Position numbers and translations under genes: made by a program
Shown here: one piece after another, positions 58,073 to 64,000 of the stretch
Numbering within the stretch: position 1 is the stretch's first letter
Layout of the letters: each line of letters opens with the position of its first letter
NCBI GenBank assembly: GCA_050950765.1
Contig: JBMNIF010000002.1
Location: forward strand, 384,001-448,000
Direction: 5' to 3'
Origin: Bdellovibrionota bacterium
GTDB taxonomy: Bacteria; Bdellovibrionota_C; UBA2361; JAAYZI01
Length of the DNA: 64,000 nucleotides
The notes under the pieces: generated by a model
Told to the model about the DNA's origin: nothing
Databases searched by the model: none
What the model saw: only the letters and a program-made list of their open reading frames with translations

Positions 58073-59134
58073 ATGGTGTCGAATCATTATCAAAAAGGAC
58101 AAAGTGTAATAGCTACAATGCTTGTGCTTTTAACTCTTGCTCTCGTCGGCGTTGCCGCCATTGTAGGGCTTCAACTTTTTTCTGATCTATACAGACGTAG
58201 CGCTTACGCCGCCCTTGAAAAGAGTTTGAAATCAAGAGATTTAACTACTGTTAAAAACGCTCTTAACACAGTAGCAACTGAACCGCAGATCTTCCGCTTT
58301 TTTTTGAGGGAGAGCTCTTACGACACTTTAAAACAAGCGAGTTCATATTCAGAAGATGAGGGTATCTTATCTGAACTTTTTGAACTCTACACCCTTACTT
58401 CACCACACACCTCTCCGACCTACACCACCTTAAAACGTTTTAAAAATTTGCCTGAATCAGATTCTCTAAAAACACTACTTCAAGAGAGAACTCCTCCACC
58501 AAACGCCTTATCCCCACTCTCTACTTTAACAAAAAAGCTCTCTACTACTATTATCCCTATTTCAGAGGCACCCGCAGCGGTAGAGCTCGATGTTTTTGAG
58601 AGCGTTTTTAGCAGGTACCTCCACGTGATGCGTCAATTGCAACGAAAGGCAAGCGAAACGCCGTTACAGATTAACGCTAACAAAACTCACCTCTCACAAC
58701 TAAAAACTTTCCTTTTAGATCTACGGACGGATTTTGCAGATTTCTTATCCCTCTCTCAAAGTAGAACTGCTCGTAAAAAGAATACGGCGAAATCGCAAGA
58801 GTTATCTTTTTACACAAGCGGGATCTTTAAAGATCTGCCGCAACTACCAACTCTTCCAGATAATATTGAAACGGCGAAAGATCTAAGCAACCTCCTGCAA
58901 AAGCTGGGTGGCGAGGTTGCGCTTTACGGAAAGGACGCACCTCAAATTTTTGAAGATAAAATTTCAACTTTTCGTAAAGCTGCCGTAATCTATCGAGAAA
59001 AGATACAAAACTTACAGGAAGAAAATAAACGGTTGGAGGCAGAACTAGAAACCATCACAAAAGAAGCCGAACTAAGCGCTAAGGAGGTGCATTACCTTAT
59101 AAAAAAGACCTTACTTTACGTTACAAGAGTCTAA
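58073..59134 (+). CDS. Hypothetical protein with a prepilin-like N-terminus and C-terminal coiled coil
   Basis: MVSNHYQKG|QSVIATMLVLLTLALVGVAAIVGL; KIQNLQEENKRLEAELE near the end. Confidence 0.65.
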   Translation: MVSNHYQKGQSVIATMLVLLTLALVGVAAIVGLQLFSDLYRRSAYAALEKSLKSRDLTTVKNALNTVATEPQIFRFFLRESSYDTLKQASSYSEDEGILSELFELYTLTSPHTSPTYTTLKRFKNLPESDSLKTLLQERTPPPNALSPLSTLTKKLSTTIIPISEAPAAVELDVFESVFSRYLHVMRQLQRKASETPLQINANKTHLSQLKTFLLDLRTDFADFLSLSQSRTARKKNTAKSQELSFYTSGIFKDLPQLPTLPDNIETAKDLSNLLQKLGGEVALYGKDAPQIFEDKISTFRKAAVIYREKIQNLQEENKRLEAELETITKEAELSAKEVHYLIKKTLLYVTRV

Positions 59135-59285
59135 AAATATAACGAAATTATATTTTAAGCCGAAATTTTTTAAAGCACCCTCATTTTTTTCTTGCATATC
59201 CTCTTTTTAATGCTTATATATCTCTTTCCGCTGCACGAAACGGGCGGTGACGGTGTTGACTTTTTTTAAAAAAGTAATTTTTTTG

Positions 59286-59315
59286 TTGACACTCGGGTAT
59301 CCGTTCGGTTATCTT
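59286..59315 (+). promoter_or_regulatory. Sigma70-type promoter
   Basis: TTGACA-N18-TATCTT followed by GC-rich GCGCGGG. Confidence 0.55.
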
Positions 59316-59361
59316 GCGCGGGAAATTTGAAGTAAATATGTGTGTGCGGTTAGTTTGCGAA

Positions 59362-59391
59362 CCCGCTAATAATGGTGGCGGGCTTTTTTTT
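59362..59391 (+). terminator. Rho-independent terminator about 70 nt after the promoter
   Basis: CCCGCTA-loop-TGGCGGG followed by C and T8. Confidence 0.75.
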
Positions 59392-59724
59392 GCGCAATTT
59401 TCCGCTTAAGGTTTCCGCAAGTCCGCGAAGTATATCCGTCAAAGAGGATTGAATTAGGGGGTTGTGTCTTTCAGATATTTAGCCCAAGAGATTCTTCTGC
59501 GTCTTATCTTCGCCAGTTTTCTGTTTTTTTGTAATTGTACGTTTAAGGCTGAATATCACTCTTTTTTTGTGCATCGTTCGGCTTAGGGAAGTTTTGAACC
59601 TGAATCTGTAAGTCTTTCAGGTAAGTTTTTACTCTCGTTTGGTATAATTACGCCGTTTAAGGATTAGGTTCTTTATTTTTTGATATAGCTGATTAATCTA
59701 TTTTATTTATTGGGACATTTTACT

Positions 59725-60027
59725 ATGAAATCATGGTCTAATTCTGAAGTACAACAAGCCGGAGTATACATCCCTGAGAAACGTCTTTTAGCTGCCGTTT
59801 TACAACGTGCCGTTGCTGATTATGTTACGGGAGATGGTGATATTCGTGAAGGCGCTCGTTCTTGGTTAATGGAAAATGTCGTTACTGACGCTCCTCTCTC
59901 TTTTAAATTTATCTGCGAAGCCCTTGATCTCGATATACCTGGCTTACGCAAAGCTATCCAAGCACAAGCAGACGTTCAAGCTCACGCCATTAGTACACAA
60001 CAAACTAGACAAGCTCTGGCGTCATAA
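59725..60027 (+). CDS. Small hypothetical protein, paralog of 31268..31603
   Basis: PEKRLLAAVLQRAVADY...WLM...LSFKFICEALDL. Confidence 0.8.
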   Translation: MKSWSNSEVQQAGVYIPEKRLLAAVLQRAVADYVTGDGDIREGARSWLMENVVTDAPLSFKFICEALDLDIPGLRKAIQAQADVQAHAISTQQTRQALAS

Positions 60028-60042
60028 TTTTTTTTACCTTAT

Positions 60043-60090
60043 AAAACCGATAACCGTTCTCTAAAATAATTAGGTTATCGGTTTTTGTTT
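60043..60090 (+). terminator. Probable terminator
   Basis: AAAACCGATAACC/GGTTATCGGTTTT inverted repeat followed by a T-rich tract. Confidence 0.7.
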
Positions 60091-60121
60091 ATCTACGATT
60101 TTTTTTACACGGTAATTTTTT

Positions 60122-60319
60122 ATGTCTGCCAAATGTCCGATCTGTAAAGGTGCAGTAGAAAAAGAGGGTGAGTTTTTTCCATTTTGCTCAGAACGGTGCA
60201 AAACGATTGACCTCGCTAACTGGGCTACGGGAGAATACAAGATAAGCCGCTACTTAAACGAAGAAGAGCTTTCTACTCTAAAAGATGAGTTATACATTCA
60301 ACCGTTTCAAGAGAACTAA
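60122..60319 (+). CDS. yacG: DNA gyrase inhibitor YacG
   Basis: CPICK...FPFCSERCKTIDLANWATGEYKI. Confidence 0.93.
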   Translation: MSAKCPICKGAVEKEGEFFPFCSERCKTIDLANWATGEYKISRYLNEEELSTLKDELYIQPFQEN

Positions 60320-60410
60320 CAACAAAACACTTTGACCTCTTTTAAATTAAAAAAGAGTTAAAGTGAAACACAATAAATTATAGTCTTAAGAGAACCAACG
60401 AAAAAACACT

Positions 60411-61823
60411 TTAACGTCCGTACTCATTTAACTTATTACGTAACGTTCTGATACTAATCCCTAATAATTTAGCAGCTTGCGTCCTATTGTCATTAGTTGC
60501 TTTCAGTGTTTCAAAGATCAATGCCTTTTCAACTTCTTGTACTGTCATACCAGATCCGATTACGATCTTCTCTTCTGCATTATCAGTAGTAACTTCCTTC
60601 TCTATTTTAGCTGCCAGTGGTGTGTACTGCTCTTGTGGAGCTATCTCTTCAATACTCGGTCGACCAGTGGTGTTTAGTAGAAAATCTCCTGTTTTTGGAG
60701 CTCTCCCCCTCGAGAGGATAGCCGCTCTTTGGACAGCATTTTGAAGCTCTCTAACATTACCCGGCCATGAATACGCCATCAGTGCAGAGAGTACGGTGTC
60801 ATCTACCTTTGGAGCATTTGCACCGACATATTGTTTAATAAAGAAATCCACCAACAACTTAATATCACCTTTTCTCTCTCTTAAAGGTGGTAGCGTGATC
60901 GGGATAACGTTTAATCTGTAATAAAGATCAGCTCTGAACTTTCCTTCCTGCACGGCCTGTTCAAGATTACGGTTAGTAGTAGCGACTACTCTAACATCAA
61001 TCGGAATCGGTTCTCTTCCGCCCACCCTATCAACTTCACGCTCTTGCAGGACACGTAATAATTTAGCTTGTAAAGAGAGATCCATCTCTGATATCTCATC
61101 AAGGAGACACGTCCCCCCTTGCGCCAACTCAAACTTTCCGATCTTCCGAGTTTGCGCGCCGGTAAAAGCACCTTTCTCATGTCCAAAGAGTTCGCTTTCC
61201 AATAAGTTCGCAGGTAGCGCCGCACAATTAACAGCCACAAAAGGTTGCGCAGATCTACTACTGGAGGTGTGTATTAAACGTGCTATCAACTCTTTACCGG
61301 TACCAGACTCACCTTGCACTAAAACGGTAGCATCACTTTTTGCGACAGCTTCTGCCACTTCCAAGATCCTAATCATCAACGGATCATTACTTATAATAGG
61401 TCTACCACGTTTCGATTTTTTAGCGCTTTTTTGTAGCTGTCTACACTCTGGCGACATAACTCTTTCAACAACTCGAGTTAGATCTTCTACTGAAAAAGGC
61501 TTGGTAATAAAATCAGCAGCACCTGCTTGCATCGCCTCCACAGCTTGCGTAATCGTACCGTAAGCGGTGATCATGACAAACGGGACTTCTGATTCTCGTT
61601 CCTGCAACGTTGTTAAAAGCTCTAAGCCATCCATCTCCGGCATACGTTGATCAGAGATGATCACATCAAAGCTCTCTGCATCAATCGCTTTTAAAGCCTG
61701 CTTACCGTTAGCGGCGACAGTTACATCATATCCGCTCCGCATTAAACTTGTTTTTAAGGCAAGCTGCATCTGCGTATCATCATCAACCACTAAGATCTTA
61801 TTTTGTTGCATCATAATAACCAC
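60411..61823 (-). CDS. Sigma54-dependent response regulator (FleR/FlrC-like)
   Basis: REC domain (ILVVDDD, SDQRMP), GESGTGKE, ESELFGHEKGAFTGA, WPGNVRELQN, HTH NRTQAAKLLGISIRTLRNKL. Confidence 0.92.
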   Translation of the reverse strand: MVIMMQQNKILVVDDDTQMQLALKTSLMRSGYDVTVAANGKQALKAIDAESFDVIISDQRMPEMDGLELLTTLQERESEVPFVMITAYGTITQAVEAMQAGAADFITKPFSVEDLTRVVERVMSPECRQLQKSAKKSKRGRPIISNDPLMIRILEVAEAVAKSDATVLVQGESGTGKELIARLIHTSSSRSAQPFVAVNCAALPANLLESELFGHEKGAFTGAQTRKIGKFELAQGGTCLLDEISEMDLSLQAKLLRVLQEREVDRVGGREPIPIDVRVVATTNRNLEQAVQEGKFRADLYYRLNVIPITLPPLRERKGDIKLLVDFFIKQYVGANAPKVDDTVLSALMAYSWPGNVRELQNAVQRAAILSRGRAPKTGDFLLNTTGRPSIEEIAPQEQYTPLAAKIEKEVTTDNAEEKIVIGSGMTVQEVEKALIFETLKATNDNRTQAAKLLGISIRTLRNKLNEYGR

Positions 61824-61910
61824 CTTTAAGTAATAAAACCTTTTTTAGCTTCCGCTCCTTTGCATCTAAATCTTTAAAACAAAATCAAAAACCACCTTTT
61901 GTTTTCCCCT

Positions 61911-62735
61911 TTATTTACGTGGGAAAACAACGGTAAAACAGGCACCTTTGCAATTCTTTACGGAGATTGTAGCACCGTGCTGATCAAGGATACGTTTCAC
62001 TATCGCCAGCCCCAAACCCGTCCCCCCCTTCTTCATACTAACAAACGGATCAAACACTTTATCTAAAAGCGTTTGCGGAACTCCAGCACCGTTATCTGAT
62101 ACCTCCATAATAGCGCCACCCTCTGCACTATCAGCATAAGTAATCTGTACCGCAGTGCTATCAGGAGCTTGTATGGCGTTAATCACCAGATTATTTATAA
62201 CTTGTTTGAGTGCTGCTTCGTTTCCGTTTAAGTACGGATTGCCGTTTAGTGTTAGATGTATTTTTGATGTATCAAATCCAGCACGCGAGACCTCTTGCAA
62301 CTGCTCTTTTAAGAGAAGGTGCATATTGATCGGTGCAAATTGCGGTTTAGTATCTTTAGCAAAATGTAAGATATTAGAGATTACATTATCGAGAGCGCTC
62401 ATGCTTTTCTCGATCTGTTGCACAAGTTCAAGGGAAGCAGGTTGATCTTTTAAATCCTGTTTCAATAAGGAGACAAAAAGTTTTATAGAACCTAGTGGAT
62501 TTCTAACCTCATGTGCGATCTCTCCCGCTGTCTTACCTAACATCGCCAAGCGTTCAGATCTCTTAACCTCTTCTTCTTTAATTGCTAGTTGATCGCGCAA
62601 AGCTTGCGCTTCTTTAACTAAAAGATCGTATTTATATTGCAACTTATGGCTAGCTTGCGTAAAAGCTCCAAATGCACTTAATAACGCCTGTGTATCTTGT
62701 GGCGTTCTTGTTTCAGAAACTACACTATTATTCAT
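61911..62735 (-). CDS. Cytoplasmic histidine kinase without a sensor domain (FleS/FlgS-like)
   Basis: Coiled-coil N-terminus; IAHEVRNPL, NLVINAIQA, DNGAG, FDPF, GTGLGL. Confidence 0.9.
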   Translation of the reverse strand: MNNSVVSETRTPQDTQALLSAFGAFTQASHKLQYKYDLLVKEAQALRDQLAIKEEEVKRSERLAMLGKTAGEIAHEVRNPLGSIKLFVSLLKQDLKDQPASLELVQQIEKSMSALDNVISNILHFAKDTKPQFAPINMHLLLKEQLQEVSRAGFDTSKIHLTLNGNPYLNGNEAALKQVINNLVINAIQAPDSTAVQITYADSAEGGAIMEVSDNGAGVPQTLLDKVFDPFVSMKKGGTGLGLAIVKRILDQHGATISVKNCKGACFTVVFPRK

Positions 62736-63631
62736 TTCTTCTCCTCTAAACGATCTTTCCACAAGAACTCTTCAACGGCTGCGTTTAAAAGTGATAACCA
62801 CTCATCGGAGGGAGGGTATTTTTTGAGAGCCTTTTCCTGAATTGCCATAACAGAATCTTTATTATCTTGATGAATAGCGATCTGCAGCAGAGCGTAATCA
62901 ACCCAACTATCAATAAAGTGATCTGGAAAGTCGCGTTGTCCACGTGCTAACCAAAAAGCACCTTGATCGAATTTCTTTTCTTGTAAAGAGATCTCCGCCA
63001 AGCGTCGCATAGCAAATGGTGCATTCGGATGTTGCAAAGGAATATTTTCAAAACTCTCTCTAGCTTTTTCGAGTTTCCCTAATTTAAATTGAGCATTCCC
63101 CAATAAATAATAGACAGCGGGTAGGTCTGCTGAGTTTGATTCTTTTAGAGCTTTTAAATATTTATCTTCTGCAGCACCATAACTTTTTAGACGTGCTAAA
63201 GACTCTCCCCACAATAACCAAGCTTTTGATCTTAAGGGGCTAGCCTCTTTAAGAAGGGTAATAACTCTCTCTGCAAATAAGATAGCTACCCTAAAGCGGT
63301 CTTCCTGATATTCAATAATACCCCGCGAAAGTAGTAATCTAGCACGTTGAATATCATCAATAGATTTATCGCGTAACGCTTTTTCAAATTCATCAATAGC
63401 TTTTTGCGGCAGACTTAAAGCCCACGCCGATTTTGCTGCAGCCACAGTAGCATCAACCGTAACTTTCCGTTTCGGCATAGACTCATATATCTTTAAAGCT
63501 TCAAAGTAATCTTTATCTGCCGTAAGCTTCTGAACATCTGCTGGATGTTGTGCAGCAGCAGAGCTTGCAAAAGCAATGTAACAGAGAGGAAAAAGATATT
63601 TTAATAAATAGCGGTGTGTCATTTTTTTCAT
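62732..63631 (-). CDS. Exported TPR-repeat protein
   Basis: Signal peptide; AWLLWGESL, VYYLLGNAQFKLG, AMRRLAEI TPR-like helices. Confidence 0.8.
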   Translation of the reverse strand: MKKMTHRYLLKYLFPLCYIAFASSAAAQHPADVQKLTADKDYFEALKIYESMPKRKVTVDATVAAAKSAWALSLPQKAIDEFEKALRDKSIDDIQRARLLLSRGIIEYQEDRFRVAILFAERVITLLKEASPLRSKAWLLWGESLARLKSYGAAEDKYLKALKESNSADLPAVYYLLGNAQFKLGKLEKARESFENIPLQHPNAPFAMRRLAEISLQEKKFDQGAFWLARGQRDFPDHFIDSWVDYALLQIAIHQDNKDSVMAIQEKALKKYPPSDEWLSLLNAAVEEFLWKDRLEEKK

Positions 63632-63648
63632 CCGTTAATTTTAACTCT

Positions 63649-64000
63649 TTAAGGTTCAAATAACGGATCTTCATCACCGTCCGCACTATTTTTCGGATCG
63701 CACTCCAACCCTTTTTTCTTAATCTTTTCAACTAAAGTTGTTCGATTAAGACGCAACAACTTAGCAGCTGCTTTTTTATTACCGTTAGTCCTTGCTAAGG
63801 CTGATAAGATCAACTGGTTTTCGTAATCACTGATTAGGGCGTTAAAATCAACACCTGAAGCAGGTAGCTCCGTTGTGCAATGGCAAAGCGGATCAGACTT
63901 TTGCTCATAAATATGCGCTGGAAAATCATCAGCGCCTAAGACAGTACCATCACTTAACAGAACTGTTCTTTCAATTAAGTTTTCCAACTCTCTGACATTA
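63649..64000 (-). CDS. C-terminal part of a sigma54-dependent activator (FleQ/FlrA-like), truncated by the window edge
   Basis: NVRELENLIER...GNKKAAAKLLRLNRTTLVEKIKK; the RTTLVEK HTH is typical of FleQ-like activators. Confidence 0.85.
   Translation of the reverse strand, partial: NVRELENLIERTVLLSDGTVLGADDFPAHIYEQKSDPLCHCTTELPASGVDFNALISDYENQLILSALARTNGNKKAAAKLLRLNRTTLVEKIKKKGLECDPKNSADGDEDPLFEP

Noticed and set aside
59190..59330. rRNA or tRNA operon promoter region
   Set aside because: The promoters look like stable-RNA promoters, but no rRNA or tRNA sequence follows; kept only as an sRNA candidate.

Overview
AT-rich chromosomal window from a Gram-negative (lpxK, waaA, mlaEFDC), probably motile bacterium. 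DUF6178, DUF1329, an SspB-like gene and a sigma54 FleQ/FleS/FleR-type cassette suggest a deltaproteobacterial/Bdellovibrionota-like lineage; this placement is inference only. Most genes are housekeeping (sua5, rlmE, degP, lysC-dapB-dapA-dapF, rnc-der, infC, fumC, lepB, htpX, pyrE, pcnB, sufS, yacG). I recognised no rRNA, tRNA, transposase, integrase, reverse transcriptase or cas gene. Three things stand out. (1) An orphan four-gene Tad minor-pilin operon (5343-14189) whose second TadE-type pilin carries about 1550 aa of CxC-rich repeats. (2) A 1.35-kb non-coding mosaic array (39611-40939) of 20 GGGTGGCACC cores separated by five reusable, shuffled modules; all spacings are near whole helical turns, one module carries an IHF-like site, and dispersed copies occur elsewhere in the window. 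(3) Directly upstream of that array, a 1082-aa protein with multiple annexin-like repeats. Also present: an ECF sigma with an anti-sigma/vWA fusion, an apparent pseudo-PP2C, a paralogous pair of small unknown proteins, a candidate sRNA, sigma28-like promoters, and several unrelated tandem duplications at gene ends. All assignments come from reading the sequence by eye; no searches were run.
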